The position numbers were made by a program, and so were the translations under genes. A stretch of 64,000 bases of DNA from Dicyema japonicum (Eukaryota; Animalia; Dicyemida): the NCBI GenBank assembly GCA_011109175.1, contig RDEW01000006.1, positions 1,175,529 to 1,239,528 on the forward strand, written 5' to 3'. Of this stretch, positions 1-12,018 are shown one piece after another. Positions within the stretch are counted from its first letter, which is position 1; every line of letters begins with the position of its first letter. The notes below the pieces were generated by a model, which searched no databases, was not told where the DNA came from, and saw nothing but the letters and a program-made list of their open reading frames with translations.

Positions 1-828
1 TCTGTTTAATATTTTTAATATTTTAGAATTCATTTGGGTACATAAGTTGTGATAATGTCTCAGAATATAAATTTACTTCAAACGAAATTATTAGAATCAC
101 TGAATAATTTTACTTAATATATTTAATTGTTCACTTTTCATTAACAATTACAAAATCTCCAACTGTCCGTTTAAAGATTTTTCACTGAATTCCATGTTAG
201 GAAGGCTTGTCCCACTGTGGACCAGATAGTGTCAGGGATAGGATGAGACTAATATATGAGGGTGATCAGACTACCTTCATGAAAGCAATTTTTCCGTTCA
301 AAGCGGTGCACTCATAAGTTTTTGAATTTCTGGGTCGAAGAGATAGTACAGTCTTGACCCGTATAACAACGTGATGCCGTGGTACGAGTACAATATTTTC
401 TTAAGAAAGTATTGTTCTGCTCGATGGTAGCAATCTAAATCTCCTTGTGGAGGTCAGTGTGAAAAAATAACGGTTTTTTATTTTGTGTATGACATTTATA
501 TGACACGACGAGGAGGTTGATCACATCGTCATAAGAAATTGAGTAAAAATTAGTAAAGACAATAAGCAAAACTCGCTTCTCTTGCAGTAGTTCATTGTGG
601 GTATTACAGTTATTAAAAATCTCATTCAGCATCAGTTGTACCAACAATTTCACTATTATCAAAACTCTCTTAAGATCGAAACTTTAAATCCGATAATACC
701 GATTCCTGCCTATCTTTGCAAGTCAGATTTGTGAGAATGAATAAGTTGTGGTAGCTAGAGTAAGCTGGTTTATCTGTGTATGACAATCCAATTAATAAAA
801 CTAAGAAACCACGAGTATTAAAAATCAA

Positions 829-1331
829 CTAATCAATGACGTATTGTTTGTTGTCCTCCATTAGAAGGTATAAAAGAGTTAAAACAAAGACAACAACAAA
901 GAACAGTCGAATCTATAATTATAAAAAAAACAAACAATCCATCTCATGTATCGATATGACTGTTTTGGAGGGGCTACCACAAAGTTCTTATAGTTGTGAA
1001 TCGTTGGTCTGGCACTCACTCCATACGCTCTTGAAGTATTGGTGTACACTCCACTAGGGCGTGTAGAATTCATTGTGGAGGATAGACATGGAAGATCGTT
1101 GAACTGATCACTATCGCAGTCGCTGTCATCTGTCGGTAAATCGCAAGTGGAATTTTCTTGTAGTTTTTGTAGTCGCATTTTGTACACTTTTCTGGTACTA
1201 TCTGAAGAGGTATTTATAAAAAGAATACCTGTGAGAGGACCTACACTGATGTTGTGACTACGAAGAGATGACCGTAACTCAACATCAGTTAAATCGCTAA
1301 TTTCTTGACTAAGGTTTGAAAATCGGCTCAT
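829..1331 (-). CDS. LEM-domain inner nuclear membrane protein (emerin/LAP2-like), ~150 aa, C-terminal TM helix
   Basis: Removing the GT-AG introns 1202-1228 (27 nt) and 913-935 (23 nt) gives the LEM motif DLTDVELRSSLRSHNISVGPLTDSTRKVYKMRLQKL and the TM segment IIRLFFVVVFVLTLLYLLM. ATG at 1331, TAG at 829-831. Confidence 0.85.
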
Positions 1332-1373
1332 CACACAATAAGACGGCGGGTAATATTTAAAAAAATTAAAAAA

Positions 1374-4300
1374 TTAATTTTTAAAATTAATATTATTAAT
1401 CTTATTTAAGTAATAGGACATTTCTACATTAGTATCAAATTTAATGATCTCTAAAACCTCATCCAAAAAGTGGGCATATTTCTGTTTGTGTGAATAACCG
1501 AAAACCTGTTCTTGACTTGGGTATATTTCCATTTCATTTTCAGTTTTTCCTAACATTGTTTTGATTTTCCTCCACAAAAAGTTAATAATTTCATTTCCTC
1601 CATTTCTTCTTCCTTTGCCTTTGCGTAAGAATCATTGATTATGGAGACAAACATACTCAACAGTATAAAGATGCAGATTATTGCGAAGAGGAAGAACCCA
1701 GGCAAGGCGAGACGAGAGTTTGCTGTGACTAACTCGGAAAACTTGAACTTTCCTAGTTTTTAAACAATTCCGATTACCGAGAATCATATTCAGGGAAGAT
1801 TCCAACGAGTAAAGCAAGGTGGAATAATTTTGAAGATGGGAGTTGAAAGCTAGAAAGAAATAGGCACAAAATGCGAAAAATATGATAAAAAACAAAATAG
1901 AGAAGAAAACTATTGATTTGGAAGTCTGACGAAGAGATTTGATAAAAATAGTAATAAATGAGCTCTTTTTAAATAATTTGATAAATTTTATGGTAGAAAA
2001 AAAGACATTCAATCCAATCGCCCAAATGAGAAAATCGTTAGCATATGCCAATTTCTAAAGTCAATAATGGCCAGCACCTGGAAATTCAAATAAACATCTC
2101 CCTTCTCTTCATTAAATTTATCAAGCAGGACTTTAGTCTTTATTAGTTTGTAAGCATAAAATCCAATAATAATAAATGAAAATGACATTATCATTAATTC
2201 TACTAAATTCCAAAATTTTGTAAAATATTGTAATTTTTCGTGGAATAAAGTGAAGAGCTGTAATGAAAATATAAAATAACTTGAATAATAAAGTGAATAA
2301 CCACAAATAACACAAAAATGCTTTCAAATACAAATTGTCTAATATTTTCAATGTCCAAATAACCTAATAATTTGATTGGATTGACATAAATATATGTACT
2401 AATTTGTCCAGCCAAATTCCACTCAAATAATAGGGATGTAAATGCAAAAATATTTATTTCTAAAAATAAAATTAACAATAACGTGGATTATAGACAGTAA
2501 ATTGTAATTCTACTGCTCTAGTTCGTCTATCAATCCATTCATTTTTACTAGCCTCTCTTATAATCTCATATAGTTTATGTTTATTCCCTCTTAGTGGAAG
2601 AATGTATCCCCCTCCCCCGTATATTCCCATCAGTCCAGATAGTGGGAGACTGTCAGTTTTTACAGAGTTTTGATATCTAAATTCTGAGTAATTGTTCTCC
2701 TTGGAAGTCTTTTTCCACCCTGGACCATAATCTTGGTCGTCTTCGTTAAATATGGATTGAGGATAAAAGCATTTTGAGACGACATGAGACATTTTAGAGT
2801 TTATCGCACAACCTAGAACAATATATCCACAAATTGCCTGTTTTTTGTCTTATTTGTCGCATAAAGGCATACCCAATGACCCTAGACACTCTATCAGAAA
2901 AATATCCTCGTTGAAAATATGGTTGGTTTTCGTTGTACCACTTATCTGCCCGAAGAATTGGGACTAGTACATATTCACTCCAACTAAAGAATTGTTTGTT
3001 GGTTTTTATCTGCAAAATTTAAAAGCAAAACCTCATCAAAGGGGAGTTTAGAGTTTCCTCTAAACATTCTCTCAATGTTGTTTTTTATTTCATATGCATA
3101 AAAGAAAGTGTTTGCATGTGCCACTGTAATAAGAACATACCAGAATAAGAAATGATATATAATTTGACGGATTAGGCTCAATATTTCTACATCTTCCTTA
3201 GAGGTAGGTTTAATCGTTTTTGCCTTTCTTCTTATTTTATCCATTTTTTCTTGATAGACAGAGTTGATAATTCGTTCTGCATTTTTAATATTTATTTTCA
3301 ATTTTATTTCATGTTTATTTGAATATTTTGATAAAACAAAGACAATAAAAATCGTCATAAATAATGCCTTAATAAAATCTCATAATAAACCTGAATTGGT
3401 TGAATCACAAACATTGAAGAGAAAAATGATATAAAAAATGAAATAAACCACTTTTTGACTTTACTGTCACTAAATTGAATTCCATAAAAGGTGGTAATGG
3501 TAATTCCAGCAACAATACTACTCAACAGTAAAATCCAGGCAATAATACGACACCACGGAGGTAACTTATTATCCGTACAACCACGTCGATTAGAGTTTCT
3601 GAATAAGTAAATGATAACAAAATTGGAGGGGAAAACTATTAAATTTGATATTATTCCTATTAATAACTACAAATAATAATATATACAACGTCATTTAGGG
3701 ACATTACTGGTGAATCAGTCTTTCGGTCATACCACATGGCATTAGTCATCATTAACATGTATATTAATGACAAACAACAATTTAATCGTTCAAAACGACT
3801 GAATTGATTATATGACTGTCTGGCAAACAAAGAAAACCAAATATGCTCGTCATTTAAGTTTTTAGAAAATTGACTTGAAAATTTTTGATAGTAAGTGTTC
3901 TGCTGTGTATATGATTGAGGAAACAGTCTTCTGGAGATCTCTGATTCGACCCCAATCCAGTTGTTGGAAATAAATAAATAGTTTTGTTTAGTAACCAAGT
4001 CAGTAAATTCAATTTGCTTTAAAAACCAAGAACCTGATTTGTCATTTAACCAAATATGTAGATATACTATTTGTCCCAGAGATCTTATGAAAACCAACAA
4101 TACTTTGGAATTGTCATAAAATAATAATTGTCAGACCCTCTCAGTTGATATTTTCTTGTTTTTCCTGATAAATAACGTGTCTCTGTTTTATCTTCATTTC
4201 CAAATAGTACAAAGCCAACCTAAATTATGCAATAGAGTAACCAATGAAGTTGTCCCACAATTAGGTAATTTACCAGTTTTTACATTAATCAAATAATAAT

Positions 4301-6217
4301 ATTCATCATTTGAGTCATTGTCCTGTAAACTCTCAGGAATCATCTAAATTATCAAATTTTATACATTTTTTTCATCAGCCAAATCTTTTGTACGACTCCA
4401 AATCGATAATATAATGTATAAAACAACGATAAATATTTCCACCAAATATAGAGTAATGTTTTTGTGAAATTCAGAATTTCTGCTTATGAATGATAAATCT
4501 AGTTGTGTGGGGGCAAGCATCAAGGAAGTACAAAACATAGAAATTTTGCCACAGAAGCACTCAGTATTTTGTAAATTTGTGTTACTTCCAATCTGTCTAA
4601 TTAACAGTATTTAACCTCACAACCAGAAGTAGTCAATTTATTCCCTGATATGTGAAAACACATTGGCTTATAAACAGAAATACTGTGATTTAATCCAAAA
4701 CAACTTGAGTTTTCCATTATATAAATACATAAATCCCACATTCCAATTTTCAGTTGATTTTTTGTTTTTAAAAGTTGAAAAGTCGAATTGATTATATCGT
4801 ATTTTGTAATTTTCTTTGAAATTCTGAATTTTGTATCATTGTGGGTTATATATAGTGAAAAATTTTGATTTTTATAATTCTTAATATTTAATACAATCAA
4901 CAAAGACTCTCCTTTAGAAACATAAAATTTACGACACGAGCATGGATGTTTGACGTTGTATGAAGTACTGGAAAATAACATTAGTATAAACCTCGAAAAA
5001 AAATTAAAATTTTCAACAATTTTGTTGGGAACCAACATTTTCATAGTAAAATTGTTAGCACTTTTTGGGACATAAATATCATATATATTTGAAGTTATGT
5101 TAACATTCTGACTAAAATATTTTATAATGTTTGTTAAATATTCAACAGCCTACAGTAAATATAAAAAATACAAAATATTTTATTGTTTCATTTGAATTAA
5201 TTGTAAATGAAGCATCGGATAAATTTATTTTATTAGAATTCCCTAATTTACAATTAATATATTCAAAAGATATTTTCTGTTCCTCGTAATCATTCTCCAA
5301 CAACGTATTTGATACATCTTTCATCATTTTGAATGCAGTAGAACACACGTGTTTAGCCTTTAATTAATAATTAAAGAAAACCAGATTTATTTGTTTCTGC
5401 TGACTGTATATGAATTTTTCATTCAAATCGATATCAACTAAACTTGACATTTTCAATGAGTCTAATAATTAATTGAGTTCTATACGTTCATCAGTCTTTT
5501 TTTCTAAATCAGTGTCATATGTGAAATCCACTGTATTTTTCTGAATGTCTGATTTTAATTGATTGTCTGGCATATCATTGGCAATCTGTATAACTCACAA
5601 ATGTACTACTTTGGGCAATTTGAAAATCAAATCTAAAATGTAGACTATGTCATCTTTCAAGATTTGTTTGTTGTTAATAAATTGAAGTGTCATGTTTGTA
5701 ATGTTTTCAAGTTTGTTTATTGTGGAAATCTTAGTTTATTATAATTACAAAACCATGGCATTCTGGGATATTTCGTTAGATTGGTTGACTATTTGGTTTA
5801 AAGATTTGATGAGAACAACCACATCTTCAGCACTGGAGACAGAAACATTTACTAAATTTTGAATAACAAGTGATCGTCTCTATAACTCAAGAACTATGAT
5901 AACGATTGAATTGTTAGTCCTCAATTCTTCCATTCTGGCTTCTTTGGGAGAGAGGACCTAAATTATTTTATAGATTATGACTTTGGCTGCTGGTGGAAGA
6001 TTGTCTTTATGTTTTGATACTTTTTTATAATCTTTAATTAACAGAAAAATTAACACTCAAGCAGATCTTTTCCAACTGGTTGAATTGGATTTAAAATGTT
6101 ATCGGATATATTAGAAGGATTATCAATTTGTACTGTCGGTTCTCCATCAAATTTATCAGGAAGACAAAAATGTTGACAATTCATCCCAACAAAATACAAA
6201 ACAAATAATTTTCTCAT
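1374..6217 (-). CDS. Polycystin-1-like (PKD1L/PKDREJ/LOV-1 family) protein: signal peptide, GAIN/GPS, PLAT, TM domains and polycystin channel domain; many tiny introns
   Basis: After splicing: GPS-like TSGCEIGSNTNLQNTECFCGKISMF; PLAT YYYLINVKTGKLPNCGTTS...SLGQIVYLHIW...SWFLKQIEFTDL; DEHIWFSLFARQSYNQFSRFERLNCCLSL; WIDRRTRAVELQFTVYNP; MILGKFKFSELVTANSRL...MFVSIINDSY. Introns traced include 1753-1777, 2055-2077, 2258-2280, 2460-2482, 2813-2837 (GC-AG), 3010-3031, 3368-3390, 3667-3689, 4084-4103, 4220-4241, 4344-4364, 4593-4615 and 5958-5981. One single-base frameshift lies in a T run near 1578. Confidence 0.9.
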
Positions 6218-6329
6218 TAATTTTTATTTCTTAGATTACTTATATATTAATTATATTGCTTCAAGCAACATTTTAAGAAATATCAATTAAATTATTACCC
6301 AAAGGAATTTTTAATTAGTAAAATACAAA

Positions 6330-8136
6330 GTTGAGTGGGATTAGAAGTTTCCGAGTATTTGGAAGACTACCTTGAGGTGGATGGCTTTTAATAACGAAAG
6401 CCTTCAATGATAAATTTCACACTTTCAAGCTGAAGAGTTTGGTGAAATCCGAACAAAAGTGTCCTATTGTTCAAATGAATCGGGAAACTGGGAAATATGT
6501 TCAGAATTCGGAAATATCATATTAAAGAGATGTTATATATGAGTTTACTCCCAAATTTGTCAAGTGATATTACACAACGCGATGGTCGGAAACCCACAAA
6601 GTACCAACTTGTTAGAAAGTAGGCTTTAATTTCTATTAACGACGAAATCAATAATTATATAGTCATTTCCACCCACAAATATAAACAATATCACGGATAT
6701 TGCTAATGCTGGACAGCAGGTGTATGAGGTTCTCTCACAACGTACCCGAAAGAAGAGCGATTGGATCCACAATATGGACGCCAAACTTACAAAACTGAAG
6801 ATGCAGTTTAAACAAATAGCACTGGAAAGAGAGGGAACGAAAAATATGATGAAACGAGGGATATGCTTTGCTAATGTGGATATTGAAAGTCAAATAAAGG
6901 TGATTTCTGGAGAAGTGCTTGTATTCAGGATGGCATAAAGATTGTGAGAAAAGACTTCGAATCCATGAATCTAGAAAGGAATTCAGAAACATAATTGGTG
7001 TTTTGAACTCAATCGAAGATATTTTTATCGTGGCTAAAACAAAGAGCAAAAGAATGCTCAATTTTTGTTCAACTTTTATTATGGAAAAAATAAGCGAAAA
7101 TGTGAACAAATTTTTGATGAAAAAAAAGTGATCGGGAAGAAAATACATTTGTAGACTTTAGTAAAGAAAGTACCCTAATTAAACAGCTCCCGAACTGAAG
7201 AATTAGTAGATGTGATTGGGTGTATAACTTCTTCCTCAAAAATTCACATCAATTTATGACCACCTCTGTGAAGAGGTCTCCAAGTTAATGACAGAAAGTA
7301 TATTCCAGATGAGTGGTTCTACGCTGGAGTTACATATCTCATCCCAAAGAAAAACGTATTTCCCAAAGGACTTAAGACAAATTACGTGTAGTTTATACAA
7401 GTTAGTTACGAAGTGTTTGAACAGAAAATTATCAGAGTATATTGAGGCATACCATCAGTGACAATCAATTGGGAACAAGAAGAATGTACCAAGAGGCTAA
7501 GGAGCAGGCACTATTAAACCAATGCATCAACCAGCAGAACGTGAATAATTTGGCCACTGCTTGGATAGACGTTAGATTGACTGGAACATGACTTTTTGTA
7601 TCGGGTACTCAATAACTCTATACTCCTTTACTGAATTTTAATCACAAAGAAATTAGGGAAATCAAGGTAAAGAGAGGGATACTGCATCATGACTCTGTCA
7701 CCGCAGATCTTCGTGCTTGTAATAGACCTTCATAGCAGAATACGAAATACCTCAAAGTGGTTATTGACAACCACGACCCAGGATCTCATAGTTATTTAAC
7801 CAACCATCTCCTGTTATGGACGACCTAAAATTATTCCTTCGAGAAGCAAACACAACGATTATGATGTAGAGATTAATTCTTTTTGAAGCCGCTTGACTTG
7901 AACAAAAATTCAAATTTGCTACGAATGTGCTCACCTTGGGATCTGAAGGTAATTTCTTGACGGAATATGGATGTAGATTCCTTGATGTGTTAGAGGATAA
8001 ACAAGCATCGTATTGAAAACAAAGTGTTTAAGTAAATATTTGATGGGGTTAAAAAGAGGACAGTCTAGAAAATACAATATTGAACTCTTAACATGTTCAG
8101 TCATAAATGAACATACTTTATCCTTATAATTACTAC
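6330..8136 (+). mobile_element. Degraded R4/Dong-like (RLE-type) non-LTR retrotransposon, 5' and RT part (start approximate)
   Basis: Frame-broken peptides RLRIHESRKEFR, WFYAGVTYLIPK, NQLGTRR..AKEQALLNQCIN, WIDVR and RGIL..DSLSP match the copies at 14061-15703 and 44050-45950. The element resumes after the MULE insertion. Confidence 0.7.
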
Positions 8137-8145
8137 ATTGGGCTC

Positions 8146-11100
8146 GGTTCACAGCTAATTCGTCTAATTAACAATTTGTCTAATATCAATTCGTCTAATA
8201 ACAATTCGCCTAATTTGCACGTTCGATCTATTTAAATTATTATTATTAATAGCACTTTCGAAGAACCAAAAATGTAATTTATTTAATTAAGGTTCCGCTT
8301 GTGCCGTATTTTTCTTCAGGTTATTCTTTCTCCACAATTTCTCTTAACTAACTTCCTCCATGCTCCACGGTTACAGGCAGTTATTCTGAGCGTTCAGATC
8401 ATCTCCTGTTTTCAGTTTCGTCCTTCATTGGTCAGGTCCTTGTGTAGAACCTCTGGCAAAGTTATGCGAGGTCTTCCACGGAACGAGGTATTCACTTCTG
8501 GGCATAAATAGTTCTCCATTGCTATTTTAACAGGCGTCATCTGGCTCATTCGAAGGATGTGACCAAACAGACGCCATCTTGATTCCAGGATATCCAGACT
8601 CAATGGTCTTGTATTACATACTTTTTATATATTCTTGTTTGTAATTTTTTTGGCCAGTTGATGCCAAGCAACAGTCGGAGTTGTTTACGATGGAAGGTAT
8701 CTAGTTTGTCCATTACTGCTTCTGAGACACCCCAGGTTGCAGCGTTGTACATTAGGACTGGTTTCACGAGGGCATTGTATAGTCTTACACGTAATTGTGT
8801 GCTAATTTGTTTACGATGATTCCAGACTACTCCCATTTTTCTAAAGGCCGCGACGGCCAACATCTTCCTGTTAGTAATATCCTCAGCGTCTCCGAGCAAC
8901 GACCCCAATTTTTTACAGTATCTCCATTTTTCATCAGTTCGGGTTAATTCACGGCGTATGGTAGTTGTCTCCGTCTTTTCCGTATTGATTTTGATGAACC
9001 ATTTTTCTAGGACATCTGGCATCCTTGTCCGTATATAGTTTAATGTTTTCTCGTCGCTGGATATATAGTCGATATCATCTGCATAAATCACTTCAGTTTG
9101 AGGTAGATCGCCAATTAATAGTCTGAAGTCTCTGAGTGCCGCCTCCAGATATGTCACAAAAAGTACCGGTGACAAGGAATCTCCCTGCGGTACCCCGAAC
9201 GTTGTCTCGAATGGGACAGACTCCAAATTTCCAAAACGTACACTTAGCTGCGTTGTTCCAAGTAATAGCGGATCATTCTGACACTGTCCTCGTCAACCAA
9301 CTTCTCCAAGATATCCAAAAGTCTCCCTCTGTGTATAGAGTCAAAGGCTTTGGACATGTCCATGCCAAGGATGCCAATAGCCCCTTGTACTTTTGATGTG
9401 TTGCACAAAGCCATCGATGTCCCAGACCACATCAGCTGTAGATCTCCCTGACCTGAATCCGCTTTGACCGTGAGAGAGAAAGTTCTCGATGTCAGATCCA
9501 ATCCTGTTCAGCACTATAAGTGATAGTGTCTTGCGTAGAGTCGTCAATAGTACGATGGGTCTTAAATTCGTTAAGGGGCCTTTAGCTTTGCCCGGTTTTT
9601 GTAGTGCAATTAGTGTGCCATTACCCACATCCAGTGGTGAGTTGTATTTGAATGTTTTGTTGTATATCTCAGTTAATAGTTCAGAGATCTCGGTCGGTGC
9701 ATATTTGAGAAGTTCTGCATTTATGTTGTCAGGGCCAGCAGCTCTATTGTTGTTCAGTTTGTCCAGGGCTTTTTTTGTTTCCAGAATCGTTATCGGAATA
9801 TTTAGTTCTCGTGCTTCACCATCGAATTGTTTGATTTTTTCCCCGTGGTTTTGATTGAAGGCCTGCTGATAATGGCTGGATATGGCCGATAGAATTTCAT
9901 TTTGTTTAACATAGTCTTTCCAAACTGGTCATGTATTGTGATTTTTGATGACTGCGTGTCTCTATGTAGTAGGTGAACAGCCTTGAACATCTGCGCTCCG
10001 TTTTTGAGTCTTTCTACTTCTTTAGCCATTCCAGCAAGTTTATTTTCCTTTATTTCCCTCGTTCTTTTCTTTATTTTATACAGGGTTTGGTTCCGCATGA
10101 CTCTTAGAGTGTGTTCCTTTGCCTGGTCCTGCAGGTTTCGACCTGTAAACGTAGGTTCCTCTGCAATTTGGATAGTTCTTCAAGCTCGTGGTCATAGTGC
10201 CCGTTGAAATGCTTCGGTTTTACTCCGACTGTTGAATGGGCCGCGCACTTTATTGCATCGATGGTGTCTTGCCACAGCTCCCCAGGCATTTTTTCTTTAT
10301 TCCACTGTCTGATCTTATCTCTCAATGTATTTTGATAGCTTTCCCGAGTCGGTCCCCACCAAGCTGAGTTGTTCTACTGCGAACCTCCTCTCAGATATCC
10401 TCATGCCAGCCGCTTTGGAAACCCCAAAATATCGTTTGAAAAGGAAACGTGCCACAACCAATCTGTGATCACTATCTACTAGTGTCCCACTGTTGCTCCG
10501 AGAATCTGTTAGCAGTGCCTTGTAGGGTTGTTTGCAGATAATGTAATCTATTTGGTTATATATAAGCTTGATAGCAGAGTCCTTTCGGTAGCAGCTCCAT
10601 GTCGTCTTATGTCTTGCTGAGTGCCTGAAAGCAGTGTTGCATAGAAATAGTTTGAATGTATTGCAAAATTCGATAAGCGATTCTCCTGAATGGTTACTGA
10701 TCCCCCTTCCATGGATTCCCATGAATTCTTCGTGACTACTCCCACGTCCTGCCTTTGCGTTCCAATCTCCGGCGATGTATGTCATGAACGATGTTTCCAA
10801 AGATGCATATAGTTGCGACAGGGAGGAATAGAAGCCATTGATTGATACTCTCACCGAAGTTGGTGCATATACATTAATAATGGAGATTATGGAATTGTTC
10901 CTTTCACCGTATTTTAATTGTAAAACACATATTCTATCGCTCACCCTCCACGTCTTGTGGATTCGATTGTTCAGTTCTTTTTGTATTGCAAATTCCATGC
11001 CGTAGTGTGGGCAATTCGAAGGGTGCAGAATCAGGCGGAAATCATTGTTGATTTCATCTAGTCCGCCTTTTACTTTCGTTTCCTGTAAGCACGCCACGGT

Positions 11101-11597
11101 TACCTTGTACGATCCAAGATCCACGCATAAATTTCTTCTTTTAGTATCCGACTTTAATCCTCTTACATTGAACAGGCTAATAGTGAAAGATCCCAAAGAA
11201 AAGCACGAAGAAGACATGTGTGCAATATAGCCACGTCACCAGCTCAACCGATCTATTTAAATCCAAAGTTTATCTCAATTTTTTCACGGAAATTACCAAT
11301 TAAGACTATTAATTAACCTAAATTCGTAAAAGTATTATTTATAACTGTAAAATTAGATATTTTATTACATTTTAAAATGATCCCTCGATTCATTGAATCT
11401 GAAAAGGTCAAAAAATTAATTCTTAACGGATATACTTATTACAAAAACAACAAGAATAAAAATGTAGTATATTGGAAGTGCTTAGAGGAATAGCTCACAA
11501 TATTTCTTTTTTAAATATCCTGAATAAAATGATTTAATTGTTATTAGACAAACATGACGATTTAGACGAATTGTTTTAGATGAATTTTCTTGTTACC
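8146..11597 (+). mobile_element. Non-autonomous Mutator-like (MULE) DNA transposon (~430 bp of its own sequence) interrupted by an RTE LINE
   Basis: 9-bp TSD ATTGGGCTC at 8137-8145 and 11598-11606. Termini GG...CC. Subterminal repeats CAATTCGTCTAA on the left recur inverted (TTAGACGAATTG) on the right. FLYWCH-like peptide MIPRFIESEKVKKLILNGYTYYKNNKNKNVVYWKC at 11377-11493. Confidence 0.8.
8238..11248 (-). mobile_element. Full-length RTE-type non-LTR retrotransposon (APE endonuclease + RT, single ORF, frameshifted)
   Basis: Endonuclease motifs FNVRGL, CLQETK, INVYAPT, AGDWNAK, NQIDYI, SDHRLV. RT motifs QSGFR, DMSKAFD, GVPQGDSLSP, YADD. (TAA)n 3' tail. 14-bp TSD CGATCTATTTAAAT at 8224-8237 and 11249-11262. 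Confidence 0.95.
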
Positions 11598-11606
11598 ATT
11601 GGGCTC

Positions 11607-12016
11607 AAATGTAATTTGACAACCAAAACATAAGGAAAATAAAGATTCGAGTGGATACAACAATAGCCTTGGACACGAAGGTACAAAATAATAAACCCGA
11701 CATATTTGTGTTCGATAATATGAAGAATACAATAACTCTAATAGAAGTGGGAATCATATCCTAACAATCGCTAAAGAGAGATGAAGTGGGAATTCCAAAC
11801 AACGATGAGTAAAGGCTAAGAGAAACCCCTATCAACATAAAAATGGGTTTGTAGGAAACTAATATTGATGTTGGAATGATCTACGAAGGCTATTGAGGTT
11901 GCTTGAAAGTATGAATGAACAAATTGAAAAAAGGAAAACTCAACCCATGACTCCCAAACTATTTACTCGAACAGCCTAAAAGTGTGAGTGGGGTAGCTTC
12001 AGGAACGTTAATTGAC
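11607..12016 (+). mobile_element. 3' (RLE endonuclease) part of the R4/Dong-like LINE interrupted at 8137
   Basis: IRVDTTIALDTKVQNNKPDIFVFDNMKNTITLIEVGI is a PD-(D/E)xK RLE motif, on the same strand as the 6330-8136 part. Confidence 0.75.
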
Positions 12017-12018
12017 TA

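Noticed and set aside
181-800. ORF 435-662 and neighbouring coding-like sequence
   Set aside because: No recognisable motif and stops in all frames; cannot support a gene call.
6735-10207. ORFs 6735-7148 (-), 9136-9396, 9489-9854 and 9983-10207 (+), and similar ones such as 45020-45349 and 48867-49154
   Set aside because: Antisense shadows of retrotransposon coding sequence.
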